A stretch of DNA of 64,000 nucleotides from an uncultured bacterium. GTDB lineage: Bacteria > Krumholzibacteriota > Krumholzibacteriia > LZORAL124-64-63. Of this stretch, positions 36,490 through 48,287 are shown one piece after another. The stretch lies in the NCBI GenBank assembly GCA_963727525.1, contig CAVSGO010000007.1, forward strand, positions 2,016,001-2,080,000, read 5' to 3'. The notes below the pieces were generated by a model. The model had not been told where the DNA came from. It worked only from the letters and a program-made list of their open reading frames with translations, and did no database searches. Position numbers and translations under genes: made by a program. How positions within the stretch are numbered: position 1 is the stretch's first letter; each line of letters begins with the position of its first letter.

Positions 36490-38292
36490 TCAGACCTGCG
36501 TCCGGAAGCGCTGGGCCACCGCCTCCTGAAGCGACCGGATGACCCCGAAGGCATCCTTGAGCAGCCGATGATCCCGCGGAGACAGATTCCCGAGGTCGAT
36601 GCGATTGTCGAGCACACCCCCGGCGTGCAGGGCGGCGAGCTGTGCGCGCAGGCGCATCTGCAGGAGGAAACGGTAGGTCTCGATGCTGGTGGTCCCCAGA
36701 TCGCGACTCAGCAATCCCGCGGCGATCGCCGCTTCCAGACGTTCGCGCGTGGGTCGTGCGGCGCTGCGGGCCTGCAGCGCGTAGACCCTCGCCGCGCTGA
36801 CCAATGGCGCCAGACCGCCGGTCTTGACGTCGACCCGACCATCCTCCGCCTGGATGCGATGGAAGAGCCCCAGTGGCGGTCGCCAGTTGAGCGAGGCGCG
36901 GGCCATGTGCAGCATGAAGAGCTGGTTGTCGCCCGCCGCGGCCACCTGATCCACGAGCGGCGTCACGTCGAGATCGCCGGCGATAGCGCGGAAATCGAAG
37001 AAGATGGCCGCCACCATCAGTGCCTGCGGATCGGGCGTGCGGATCCAGTCGCCGAAGGTGCGCTGCCACCCGGCGAGCGAACGACACCACTGCGTCGCCA
37101 TGAATCCGCCCGGACAGGGCGGGAAGCCAGCCGTGACGAGACTGTCCACCGCGAGGCGCGCGAGTCGGGGAAAGTAAGCCTGCGCCTCGGCGCTGTCGTC
37201 GGCATGGACGAGGGCGTTGTCCTGGTCGTTGATCAGCACCTGCTCCATACGACCTTCGGACCCGAAGACGAGCCAGGCATACGCGCAGGGCGGCGGGCCA
37301 AGCTGCGACTCGGCCAGCCGCAGGACCTGGCGCACGAGCGTGTCGCCCACGCTCGCGCAGATGCGCCCGATCTGGGCCACCTTGAGACCGCCCTCGAAGA
37401 GACGCTCCACCATGCTGGCCACGCCGCTCGCGTAGGTGGCGAGCGCCTCGGGGGCATCGACGTGCTCGAGCTGTTGCATGAGGTAGAGTGGGCTGCGCGT
37501 CTGATGGCGCATCAGATCGGTGGCCGAGAGCACGCCGCGGATCTCGCCCGCCGCGGTCACAGGCACGTGGTGGATCCGTTCCTGCAACATGAAGAGCAGA
37601 GCGGCATGCACCGGTACGTCGTCGTCGAGCGTCTTGAGCGGTCGCGTCATCACGTCGCTCGCGATCATGTCGGCGCCACGATCGGCCGCCAGCACGCGTG
37701 TCTGGAAATCATGGTCCGTGAGGATGCCTGGCGGGTCGCTAGAGACGATGGCCACGTCGACGCGCGCATCGCGCATGGCGCGCGCGACCTCGCCCACGGT
37801 GGCGGACGGCGACACGACGAGCGGCCGCTGCAGCCCGAGATCGCCGATCGCAGCCGTCAATTCCCCGCCCAGGGACGCCACCTCGCGCCGCGTGACGCGG
37901 CGCAGCCGCTCGCTCAGGCTCTTCAGGAAGAACTCGGCGAACGGCGCGTTGCCCAGGAGTTCCCGGAAATCGGCGGCCGGGATCCCGTGAACGGTGACGG
38001 CATCCACCGCGACGGCGTCGAGGGACGGCGGCGCCATGCCGATGATCGACGGGTAGCCGAAGCAGTCGCCTTCCTCGAGGATCTGCACCGTCACCCCGTC
38101 GCGCGTCAGGTGTACCGTGCCCTCGGCCACGAGGTACACGCAGGGGCTGGGCTTACCCCCCACGCGCAGGATGCGAGTGCCGGGACGGAAGACCTCGGTG
38201 CGGACCGCGGCCTCCACCCGCACACGCTCGGCATCATCGAGCAGCACGAAGGGATGGTGGGTACGCAGAAGCTCGCCGATCGTCGCCGCCAT
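36490..38292 (-). CDS. cNMP-binding / CBS-pair / DUF294 putative nucleotidyltransferase
   Basis: PF..L...LEEGDCFG (cNMP). GILTDHD..MT.P and IHHVPV..G.LS..DL (CBS). FGSEGRMEQ...DQDNAL, GFP.C.G..MA..W, FFDFR and DVK.GGL.P (DUF294 and DUF294_C). GGGAGG RBS. Confidence 0.92.
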   Translation of the reverse strand: MAATIGELLRTHHPFVLLDDAERVRVEAAVRTEVFRPGTRILRVGGKPSPCVYLVAEGTVHLTRDGVTVQILEEGDCFGYPSIIGMAPPSLDAVAVDAVTVHGIPAADFRELLGNAPFAEFFLKSLSERLRRVTRREVASLGGELTAAIGDLGLQRPLVVSPSATVGEVARAMRDARVDVAIVSSDPPGILTDHDFQTRVLAADRGADMIASDVMTRPLKTLDDDVPVHAALLFMLQERIHHVPVTAAGEIRGVLSATDLMRHQTRSPLYLMQQLEHVDAPEALATYASGVASMVERLFEGGLKVAQIGRICASVGDTLVRQVLRLAESQLGPPPCAYAWLVFGSEGRMEQVLINDQDNALVHADDSAEAQAYFPRLARLAVDSLVTAGFPPCPGGFMATQWCRSLAGWQRTFGDWIRTPDPQALMVAAIFFDFRAIAGDLDVTPLVDQVAAAGDNQLFMLHMARASLNWRPPLGLFHRIQAEDGRVDVKTGGLAPLVSAARVYALQARSAARPTRERLEAAIAAGLLSRDLGTTSIETYRFLLQMRLRAQLAALHAGGVLDNRIDLGNLSPRDHRLLKDAFGVIRSLQEAVAQRFRTQV

Positions 38293-38314
38293 GGCAACGT
38301 CCTCCCGTTGGCCG

Positions 38315-38713
38315 TCAGTCGTCCGGATCGGCCGGCGGGGGCGCCACGATGCGCCCCAGGATGAGGCCACCGGCGAAGCCATAGATCCAGCCGGCCGCAG
38401 CACCCACCAGGACCAGGCGCGGCGACGGCGCCAGCGCTGCGATCACCACCAGGGCGCCGCTGAGCAGACCGACGCTGCCCAGCAATGCGGCGGCAGATCG
38501 AATGCGCCGCGTCCGGGTCACGAGCATGCCGCCGGCGGCCCAGACCAGCGCGGTCAGGGGCGCCATGCGCAAGAGGAACGCGGTGAGGGCCGTGCGGTCG
38601 CCGTACCCAGCAATCTCCAGCGCTACCGGGAGCACGCTCGCCACCAGGCTGATCCCGGCGAAGCAGCCGAGCAGCCCACCGACGAGCCAGCGGACGAAGC
38701 GTTTTTCGAACAT
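38315..38713 (-). CDS. Hypothetical four-TM membrane protein
   Basis: 132 aa with four Gly-rich hydrophobic segments. It fills the gap and is co-oriented with the DUF294 gene. Confidence 0.6.
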   Translation of the reverse strand: MFEKRFVRWLVGGLLGCFAGISLVASVLPVALEIAGYGDRTALTAFLLRMAPLTALVWAAGGMLVTRTRRIRSAAALLGSVGLLSGALVVIAALAPSPRLVLVGAAAGWIYGFAGGLILGRIVAPPPADPDD

Positions 38714-38808
38714 GGTACGGGCACTCTAGCATCGGTCCACGGGCTTGACCAGCGCCGTACATCCAGCTCGGTCTTGCCAGAAAGGCGCGCGTCCCCAAAG
38801 ATGGCGTC

Positions 38809-40212
38809 ATGAATGCCGCCTCGTACCAGACGATCAAGAGCTGCCTCCTGTGGGCGGTGGTCTGCGCGGCGATCGGCGCCTCCGCCCTGGGGCGCGTGGC
38901 CGCCACCGACCAGACGCCAGGACACGGGACGTGGTTCGTGGTGATGGTGACCGGGGTCTGGTCGCTCGCATTGCTCGTGCGTGCCTGGGTGATCGCGGAC
39001 CGCCTGGGCGCCGGACTGGCCGCGGTGCGTACGGCCGTCCTGAACCTCGTCGCCGAACACGACGCGGTGCCGCCCGATGGGCTCGGCGAAGGACTTCCGG
39101 CCGAGATCGCCGACATGCTGGCGTCGCTGGCGCGTTACCAGGGCGATGTGATCCGCGAACGCCAGGCCCCGGACCGGCGGCTCGTAGCGGTACTCGCCTC
39201 GCTGGCCAGCGGCGTGGTGGTCGTCACGGACAAGGGTCAGGTGAGCCTGCTGAACTACCCCGCCCGCGAGCTGCTGGGCGCGGAGCGGGCGCGCGTGGGC
39301 ACCTCGGTCTTCGCCGCGCTGGCGCGCGACACCGTGCTGCACGCCATCGCCCGTGCCCAGGACGCCGCACGCCCGGTGGAGGCCCTGTTCGAGCGGCTCG
39401 ATGGCGTGGAACTGCAGGGCCGCGTCGCCCCCCTCGCCGATGGCGAGGGCGCCGTGATCATCTTCCCACCGATCGAGCTCGCCCGGAATCGCCCCGGCGT
39501 GGAGTTCGATCTGGGCCTGCACGATGCGCCACCGGTCGTGGCGCCGCTCTCGCTCGGCATCCCGCTCGACGAGCTGCCGGCCGTGATCCTGGACACCGAG
39601 ACCACGGGGCTCGACGTCGCGACCGACCGCATCGTCTCGTTCGGAGCCGTATGCACCCACGGAACACGCATGTTCCGCGGCTATCTCATCGACGACGTCG
39701 TGAACCCGGGCGTTCCCGTTCCGCCACGCTCCACCGCCATCCACGGCATCACCGACGCCATGGTGCGCGACGGGCGCAGCTTCGCCCAGGTCTACGCGGA
39801 TTTCGAGCGCCTCGCCCGCAATCGCGTGGTGGTGGGCCACAACATCCCCTTCGACCTCACGCTGATGCGCCACGAGTGCGCCCGTGCCGGCCGCCCCTGG
39901 AACGACCGTGTCTTCATCGACACCCTGCGCCTCGCTTCGCTGCTGAACCCCACGCTCCGTCGCTTCGAGCTGGAGAATCTGTCGCAGATCTACCAGATCG
40001 ACCTGCGCGGCCGCCACACCGCCCTCGGTGACGCGATGGTGACCGCCGAGCTGTTCTTCCGCATGATCCCCCGCCTCCAGCAGCAGGGTTTCGCCACGCT
40101 TGGCGACCTGCTGCGGTTCCAGGACACCGAGGCCGTGGACGTGATCGCCAAGCAGCGCGAGGCCGGCTGGATCGTGTCCCAGCCCGCGGCTCTCGACCGT
40201 GAACCCCGCTGA
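38809..40212 (+). CDS. Membrane-anchored PAS-domain DEDDh (DnaQ-like) 3'-5' exonuclease
   Basis: Two N-terminal TM helices and a PAS-like segment (GVVVVTDKGQVSLLN.PARELLG). Exonuclease motifs LDTETTGLD, GHNIPFD, IDTL and HTALGDA. Confidence 0.88.
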   Translation: MNAASYQTIKSCLLWAVVCAAIGASALGRVAATDQTPGHGTWFVVMVTGVWSLALLVRAWVIADRLGAGLAAVRTAVLNLVAEHDAVPPDGLGEGLPAEIADMLASLARYQGDVIRERQAPDRRLVAVLASLASGVVVVTDKGQVSLLNYPARELLGAERARVGTSVFAALARDTVLHAIARAQDAARPVEALFERLDGVELQGRVAPLADGEGAVIIFPPIELARNRPGVEFDLGLHDAPPVVAPLSLGIPLDELPAVILDTETTGLDVATDRIVSFGAVCTHGTRMFRGYLIDDVVNPGVPVPPRSTAIHGITDAMVRDGRSFAQVYADFERLARNRVVVGHNIPFDLTLMRHECARAGRPWNDRVFIDTLRLASLLNPTLRRFELENLSQIYQIDLRGRHTALGDAMVTAELFFRMIPRLQQQGFATLGDLLRFQDTEAVDVIAKQREAGWIVSQPAALDREPR

Positions 40213-40244
40213 AACGAAACCCCGCAACGCCCAGTCAACAACTC

Positions 40245-40274
40245 TTGATTCAAACCACCGCCTCGTGGTATAAC
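40245..40274 (+). promoter_or_regulatory. Sigma70-like promoter for acs
   Basis: TTGATT-N18-TATAAC with an extended -10 (TGG TATAAC). Confidence 0.5.
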
Positions 40275-40344
40275 CCGATATGCCGTGGCCGCTTGCAGCG
40301 ACCGGCGCATCGATGTCCATGAGTTGAGTCAGGAGGTTCGCGTG

Positions 40345-42309
<1,965 letters not shown>

Positions 42310-42314
42310 ACGGC

Positions 42315-42351
42315 GCCGGCCGGCCGCTCCAGGGAGCGGTCGGCCGGCTTT
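42315..42351 (+). terminator. Long GC hairpin after acs
   Basis: GCCGGCCGGCCGCTCC / GGAGCGGTCGGCCGGC, a stem of about 15 bp with one G-U pair, followed by only TTT. Confidence 0.5.
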
Positions 42352-42364
42352 CCAGGACATCACC

Positions 42365-43303
42365 TTGGACCACGCCTGCGAGCTCCATGTCCACCTCGAG
42401 GGCTGCGTCTGGCCGTCGCACGTACGCCGATGGTGGGCGCGCGCGAATCTGCGCTTTCCCGAGCCGACGAACAGCTCGGTGACGTCGTTCGAAAGTTTCC
42501 TCGCCCGGCTGCGCTACGGGTACAACTTCCTCAACGAGCCCGCGGCGTATGCGGACGTCGCCAGCGCGTACGCCGAACAGGCCGTGGCCCAGGGGATCCG
42601 CTACGCGGAACTTCAGATCAACCTGGCACTGCTCGATGCCTGGGACCTCGCGCTGTCCGAGGTGCTGGCGCGCATCGTCGGCCGCGTGGCACGAGTGCCG
42701 CGGGCTCCGGACCTACGGTTCGTCATCGACCTGCCGTGGCAATTCGATGCCAGGCGGCTGCATGCCGTCGTCGACCGCATCGCCGAGCTGGGGCGCCTTG
42801 GCGTGCGCGGCATCAGCTTCGGCGGGCGCGAGAGCGAGGCGCGTCCGGCCGAGGCGGCTCCCGTGGCCGCCGCAGCACGCGCCGCCGGATTGAAGGTGCT
42901 CTGTCATGCCGGCGAGGGCACCGACAGCGACCTGGCGCAGCGCATCGTCGAGGCGGTGCAGCCTGATCGCGTCACGCACGGCGTCGCCCTCGCCGACTGG
43001 CTCGCCGCCCAGGGCGCGCAGGCTCCCCCGGTCGACGTGTGCCTGTCCAGCAACCTCCGGCTCGGTGTCATCCCGGGCCTCGACGCTCACCCCCTGCGGC
43101 GCTGGTGGGACGCGGGCGTGCCCGTGTGCCTGGCCACGGATGACCCCGCCATCTTCGATACCACGCTTGGCCGGGAGTACGCCCTGGCGACTCGCCTCTG
43201 CCCCGCCCTCGCAACCGACCGCGACCGGATTGTCGCCCACTGGCTGCGCGCAGCGCTCGATACCACGGCCGCGGCGAGGGCACTGGGCCGCGACGGTTCC
43301 TGA
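42365..43303 (+). CDS. Adenosine/adenine deaminase family protein
   Basis: Motifs ELHVHLEG, RYAE, HAGE, RVTHG, VCLSSN and ATDDP.F.TTL..EY. TTG start after AGGA. Confidence 0.85.
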   Translation: MDHACELHVHLEGCVWPSHVRRWWARANLRFPEPTNSSVTSFESFLARLRYGYNFLNEPAAYADVASAYAEQAVAQGIRYAELQINLALLDAWDLALSEVLARIVGRVARVPRAPDLRFVIDLPWQFDARRLHAVVDRIAELGRLGVRGISFGGRESEARPAEAAPVAAAARAAGLKVLCHAGEGTDSDLAQRIVEAVQPDRVTHGVALADWLAAQGAQAPPVDVCLSSNLRLGVIPGLDAHPLRRWWDAGVPVCLATDDPAIFDTTLGREYALATRLCPALATDRDRIVAHWLRAALDTTAAARALGRDGS

Positions 43304-43318
43304 ATCGCCTCGCTGATC

Positions 43319-44869
43319 CTACCGCGACCGATCGGCATCAATCGCGAGGCGCCAGATGGCGCCGACCCGCCCTGGCGCCAGGAGCGGCGCGCGCGTGGCG
43401 AGCCTCACGTCGCGAAGCAGGGGGACGAGGCCGCGATCGGCCAAAGTGTCCGTACCCGTGGCGAGGCTCGCGAGGTAGCCGTCGGGGACCTTCCGCGCGT
43501 AGTGGCCGATGCGCCAGCGACCGGGCTCGGCGAGGGGCCGCCGTGCCATGAAGGCGTCGCCAAGTCCGAGTCGGTCGACGAGCCAGAGGTTGGGTCCGGC
43601 AAAGAAGGCGTACATGCCCGACGCCTGATCGGCCGCGATCGTCGGACGGTCGTGCTCCATCGCGAAGGCGCGGCCGATCTCGGCGAAGCGATGGGCCGGC
43701 ATCGCCGGGAAGCGGCCCGCGCGCAGCAGGCCGGTGGTGGGGTAATAGAACGCACGCTCGTCACCCACCCCGTGGTGACGCTCCTGGCGCTGCGCGTCGG
43801 CGTGCAGGTCGTAGTCGGCCGCCGTGCGCAACGGGGCGAAGGGGGACGAGAGCCCGAGCGACGCGGCGACCGCCACCACCAACCCCAGCGGGCGTGGCCT
43901 TAGCCCCCACATTGGCTCCACGACGAGGAGCACGGCCACGAGGAACGCCGGCGTGAGCAGCCGGCCCGACATGAAGTCGCCCCCGGCGAGCACCACGAAC
44001 AGCAGGTGCGCCGCGATGCCGGCCGCAAGCGCGCGCGAGGCGGCAGCGCGGCGCCCGACCGCCAGCGCGAGCCCGAGCACGATCACGGGCAAGGTGACGC
44101 GGTCGAGAAGCAGCGAGAGCCCGAAATATCGCCAGCCCTGGGCCGCCAGGGCCGACACCGGGATACCGGCCCCGAGCTTGGCGTAGGCGGTGTTCGGCAG
44201 CGCCGACCCATAATAGACGAGCGCGAAGACCGCCCACGCCACGAGCGGCGTGCTACCCAGGACCACGCGCACCCATGCGGCGCGGTTGTGCGTTCGCCAG
44301 AGCCGCCACGCGAGTGCCGGCGCCGCGAGTAGCGCCGCGTCGGGCCGGCAAAGGGTGAGCAGCGCCGCGAGCAGCGCCAACCGGCCAGCCTGGGCCGCCG
44401 GGTCCGGCCGCGGACTTAGCACGGTGAAGACGAAGACGACGAGCAGCAGGTTGAGCAGCGGATTCTCGAGGCCGGCCGTCGCGAAGTCGACATGCGCCTT
44501 GGCCAGCACCAGCAGGGCCACGGCCGCCGCAGCACGCAGCGGCGTCGCGCGCAGGTACGCCACGAGCAGACCAAGGCAGACGACCGTCGTCAGTAGAGAC
44601 GTCACCAGGAACGTGTAGTACGGCTCGCGGGTCATGGCGTAGAACGGCAAGTTCAGCAACAACCACAGTGGGTGGGTAAAGACCTGCACGCGGTCGCCGA
44701 TGTTCCAGCGCAGCCCGTGGCCCTGGACGAGGTTGTCGACGACACGGTAGGTGAGGTAGGCGTCGTCGCAGAGCCATGCCGTCAGCGCGAGCGCGACGAG
44801 GTAGGCCACCACCGCGGCCGCGAGGAGCAGCCACGGCGTGCGCAGACGCGCCGGGACGGTATGGGGCAT
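43319..44869 (-). CDS. Multi-TM GT-C-type glycosyltransferase (AftB-like)
   Basis: W..DDAY.TYR...N...G.GL.WN..DRVQ.FTHPLW, GLENPL, RPD, YYG..LPNT.YAK, GGDFM.GR and D.LGL.D...GH. Confidence 0.78.
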   Translation of the reverse strand: MPHTVPARLRTPWLLLAAAVVAYLVALALTAWLCDDAYLTYRVVDNLVQGHGLRWNIGDRVQVFTHPLWLLLNLPFYAMTREPYYTFLVTSLLTTVVCLGLLVAYLRATPLRAAAAVALLVLAKAHVDFATAGLENPLLNLLLVVFVFTVLSPRPDPAAQAGRLALLAALLTLCRPDAALLAAPALAWRLWRTHNRAAWVRVVLGSTPLVAWAVFALVYYGSALPNTAYAKLGAGIPVSALAAQGWRYFGLSLLLDRVTLPVIVLGLALAVGRRAAASRALAAGIAAHLLFVVLAGGDFMSGRLLTPAFLVAVLLVVEPMWGLRPRPLGLVVAVAASLGLSSPFAPLRTAADYDLHADAQRQERHHGVGDERAFYYPTTGLLRAGRFPAMPAHRFAEIGRAFAMEHDRPTIAADQASGMYAFFAGPNLWLVDRLGLGDAFMARRPLAEPGRWRIGHYARKVPDGYLASLATGTDTLADRGLVPLLRDVRLATRAPLLAPGRVGAIWRLAIDADRSR

Positions 44870-44901
44870 GCCAGAGCCTCCGGGTGCAGGACCGGCGCAG
44901 T

Positions 44902-46938
44902 CTAGCGAAGGCTCCCGCGCGGTGTCAAATGCGGCGGCGCGGGCTCGCGCCACGGCTGGTGGTGTCCATAGAGAGCGAGCGCCCGCCGCAGTTCGTCCTG
45001 CCATTGCGCCTCGTCACCGGTGGCGAGGGCGAGCCCACGTGTGGCCGCCACCTTCGCCAGATCCCACTCACCAAGCTCGGCACGCGCTGCCGAGAGCACG
45101 AGCTGGAGATACGGGTGGTCCGCGTCCAGGCCCAGGGCGGCCTGGACGCGGACCAGAGCGTCGTTGCCGTCGCGCACGTCCGCAGCAGCGCTGGTGGCCT
45201 CGACCCAGGCCACGCGCGCGAGCGGTTCGGCCCACCGCGGCGCCAGAGCGACGGCCTGCCGGTAGTCCGCCAGCGCCGCCCGCGGATCGGCGGTTTCCCG
45301 GTCGCGACCGCGTCGGTACGCTTGCTCGGCCCGCTGCTCGTTCACTCGCGCGAGGTTTCGCGCCGCCTCCGCGTAGTCGGGCGCAAGCGCCAGCGCGTCT
45401 TGCCACTGGGCCGCGGCCTCGTCGAGCCGACCCAGCCGCGCCAGGCAGATCGCCAGGAAATTGCGCGCCGAAATCTGTTGCGCATCCAGCGCGATCGCCT
45501 GCTGAAGACGCCGCTCCGCGCCCTGCCAGTCCTCTTGCTCGTAAAGCGCGTGACCGACGGCGAACTCCAGTTCGCCTCGGTAGTCCCGCTGCTCCTGCGC
45601 GAAGGGACCCGGCACCGTGCCCAGTACGGTCATGACGATCGCCGCCACCAGCGCGGCCACGACCCGACGATCGCGACGCCAGTGTCGCAGATCCGCGGCG
45701 TGACTCAGCCCCGCCGCCGCGAACACCGCCGCCAGCGGCCACAGGGGAGCGCGGTAGCGTGCGGCCACGAACACCGCGACGAGTGCCGCGCCGACGCCAC
45801 TCAGCACGATCAAGGCCGGCAGGTGACGGCGCGCGCCGACCAGCACCAGACCGAAGGTGCCCAGAGCGAGCAGCACGCCACCCGGGAATCCCCAGTTGCC
45901 GAGCCTGAACACGAGCACCCGCAGCACCGGGGACCACTGCCGGTGCAGGTAGATGTCCTGGTTACGCGGCAGCTCGCGGGTGGAGACCAGTTGCAGGAAC
46001 TTGCGCCCCAGCCCGACCGCGTACGCCGCCGGCGCGGTGCGCACGTAGTGCCAGAAACGATCCCGGTAGTAGCGAGCGCCCGCCGCGCCTCCGCCGCCGT
46101 ATCCGGCCTGCGCGGGTGCCGCCAGCAGGCGCTCCCACTCGAGTCCGGGACGCACGTTCACGGTGTGCTCCCGGTCCGGATTGTTGCCGATGAACAGGTT
46201 GAGCGACCCCGATGCGGGCAGCAGCGCGCCATGACCGAAGCGAGCCCGCGCCACCGACTCGACAGGTACGACGACGGCGAGAACGGTCGCCGTGGCGAGT
46301 ACGACCTGGAGCAGGCGCACGCGCGCTGTGCCCGCGCTCTGCCAGCCCAGCCAGACCAGGAGACCGGCGACCGCCGGCAGGAACGTCGGCCGCAGGTAGA
46401 TGGCAACCGCCATGGCGAGGCCCAGCCGGATCGCCGACCACGGCCGCATCGTACAGCCTACCGTGTCGGCCAGCAGCACGAGCAATACAGTCACGAGCGC
46501 GGCCGGTCCCGCCGCCTCGAGCTGCGCCTCGAAGAAGATCAGCGGGCCACACAGAGCGACGAAGAGCCCCGCCGTGAGCGCCACGCGCCTGCCGAACCAG
46601 CGATCGGCGAGCCGCCACGTGGCCAGCCCCGTGAGGCCGCCGATCGCGATCTGCACGAGCCGCGCCGCAAACACCGACGGACCGGCAACCTTGAAGATCG
46701 CGGCCAGCCCGAGTGGGTAGAACACCGGCTGCCAGACCAGCGACGCCGACGGCGGCACGCCCCGGGCAAGCTGCGTAGCGAGGTCGCGGTACGTGCCCGC
46801 GTCGATGATGGGGACGGCCCAGGTGGGGTCGCCATGGCTCAGGGCCAGGTGTGCCACGCGCACGGCGACGGCCGCGAGCGCCACCAGGGCACCGTCGCGC
46901 CACGGCGCGGGCTTCAGGGGCGTCCGAGCTGGTCCCAC
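44902..46938 (-). CDS. GT-C (ArnT/PMT-like) membrane glycosyltransferase with C-terminal TPR repeats
   Basis: IDA.TY..LA, P.FYP..LA, ARLVQ, LRP, NLFIGNN and RYR.P. About 11 TM segments followed by TPR helices. Start uncertain. Confidence 0.78.
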   Translation of the reverse strand: MGPARTPLKPAPWRDGALVALAAVAVRVAHLALSHGDPTWAVPIIDAGTYRDLATQLARGVPPSASLVWQPVFYPLGLAAIFKVAGPSVFAARLVQIAIGGLTGLATWRLADRWFGRRVALTAGLFVALCGPLIFFEAQLEAAGPAALVTVLLVLLADTVGCTMRPWSAIRLGLAMAVAIYLRPTFLPAVAGLLVWLGWQSAGTARVRLLQVVLATATVLAVVVPVESVARARFGHGALLPASGSLNLFIGNNPDREHTVNVRPGLEWERLLAAPAQAGYGGGGAAGARYYRDRFWHYVRTAPAAYAVGLGRKFLQLVSTRELPRNQDIYLHRQWSPVLRVLVFRLGNWGFPGGVLLALGTFGLVLVGARRHLPALIVLSGVGAALVAVFVAARYRAPLWPLAAVFAAAGLSHAADLRHWRRDRRVVAALVAAIVMTVLGTVPGPFAQEQRDYRGELEFAVGHALYEQEDWQGAERRLQQAIALDAQQISARNFLAICLARLGRLDEAAAQWQDALALAPDYAEAARNLARVNEQRAEQAYRRGRDRETADPRAALADYRQAVALAPRWAEPLARVAWVEATSAAADVRDGNDALVRVQAALGLDADHPYLQLVLSAARAELGEWDLAKVAATRGLALATGDEAQWQDELRRALALYGHHQPWREPAPPHLTPRGSLR

Positions 46939-48215
46939 AGGATCTCCGCCACGAGGCGCATCCCGATGGCGACGCTCGCCTCGTCGGGATCGAACGTCGC
47001 GCTGTGCAAGGCCATGTCCCGATCGGGGCGGCCCACGCCGAGTCGGAACTGCACGCCGGGCACCACCGCGGAGAAGCGCCCGAAGTCCTCCCCGCCCATG
47101 CCCGGAGGATAGTCGCGTGCATTGTCGGGGCCGAGCACGCGCGCGATCGCGGCCATGACCTGCGCCGACAGGCGGGGATCATTGCGTCCGGCCGGCGTGC
47201 CCAGGTCGTACTCCAGCCCCGGCTCCGGCGCGCCCGCCGCGGCGGCCAGGCCGTTCACCGTGCGCGTGATCTTTGCCTGCACGAGCGCGCGCGTCTCGGA
47301 ATCGCGGGTGCGCACCGTGGCCTCGAGCACCACATCGTCGGGAATTACGTTGGACTTACTGCCGCCCTGGATCTTGCCCACCGAGATGACGGCGGGGTGG
47401 TTGGGATCGATCTCGCGCGCCACCAGGTCGTCCAGGGCCAGCACGATGCGCGCCGCCAGCGTCACCGGGTCGATGGTGCGATGCGGGTAGGCGCCGTGCC
47501 CGCCACGTCCATGCACCGTGATCACGAACCCGTCCACGTTCGCCGTGGCCGGCCCGGAGCACACGCCGGCCTGCCCGACGAGCAGCGTGGGATGGTCGTG
47601 CAGGGCGAACGCGCGCGTCACCCCGCCGGCCAGACCGAGCACGGACGCATCGAGCACGCCCGCATCGAGCAGCGCCGCGGCGCCGGCGCCGATCTCCTCG
47701 GCCGGCTGGAAGATCCACACCACCGTGCCCGGCATGTGGTCGCGCACGTCGGCGAGTTCCCGTAGCGCCCCCAGGGCCACGCTCATGTGAATGTCGTGGC
47801 CGCAGGCGTGCATCACGCCCACGTCGGCTCCCGAGCCGAGGGTGTCGCGGCAGATGGAGGCGAAGGGTTCGCTGGTGTCCTCGGTGATCGGCAAGCCGTC
47901 CATGTCGGCGCGCCAGGCGATCACCGGCCCGGGACGGCCGCCCTTCAGCACGGCGACGATCCCGAGTCCCCAGTCGCCGTCGACGAAGGCCACGCCCGGA
48001 ATCTCGCCCAGTCGGTCGCGCAGGTAGGCGCGGGTGCCGGTCTCGCGACCGGAAAGCTCGGGATGCGCGTGGAGCCAGCGGCGATCTTGCACGGTAATGT
48101 CGCGGTGAGTGCGGGTGAGTGCGGCGAAATCGGGCACCGCGTCGACGGCGGCGGCCAACGCGACGCCGGCGAGGGCCGTGCTCAAGCACCAAGACGCGAG
48201 GAAGCGGACGACCAT
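46914..48215 (-). CDS. M20D family amidohydrolase with signal-peptide-like N-terminus
   Basis: Motifs RRWLHAHPELS..E..T, WRADMDGLP, MHACGHDIH, FQPAEE, GRGGHGA.PH, NVIPD, GEDF and LHS..F.PDE. Confidence 0.9.
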   Translation of the reverse strand: MVVRFLASWCLSTALAGVALAAAVDAVPDFAALTRTHRDITVQDRRWLHAHPELSGRETGTRAYLRDRLGEIPGVAFVDGDWGLGIVAVLKGGRPGPVIAWRADMDGLPITEDTSEPFASICRDTLGSGADVGVMHACGHDIHMSVALGALRELADVRDHMPGTVVWIFQPAEEIGAGAAALLDAGVLDASVLGLAGGVTRAFALHDHPTLLVGQAGVCSGPATANVDGFVITVHGRGGHGAYPHRTIDPVTLAARIVLALDDLVAREIDPNHPAVISVGKIQGGSKSNVIPDDVVLEATVRTRDSETRALVQAKITRTVNGLAAAAGAPEPGLEYDLGTPAGRNDPRLSAQVMAAIARVLGPDNARDYPPGMGGEDFGRFSAVVPGVQFRLGVGRPDRDMALHSATFDPDEASVAIGMRLVAEILWDQLGRP

Positions 48216-48287
48216 GGAATACCCCGCAGCCACCGGCCGGCGAGGCGCCCGGAAGCCGAATGAGATCTCGGGTGACGGCGATCCAGA

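Noticed and set aside
38809-40212. Annotation as DNA polymerase III epsilon (dnaQ)
   Set aside because: The TM and PAS domains and the acetate-cluster context argue against a replisome subunit, so no symbol was assigned.
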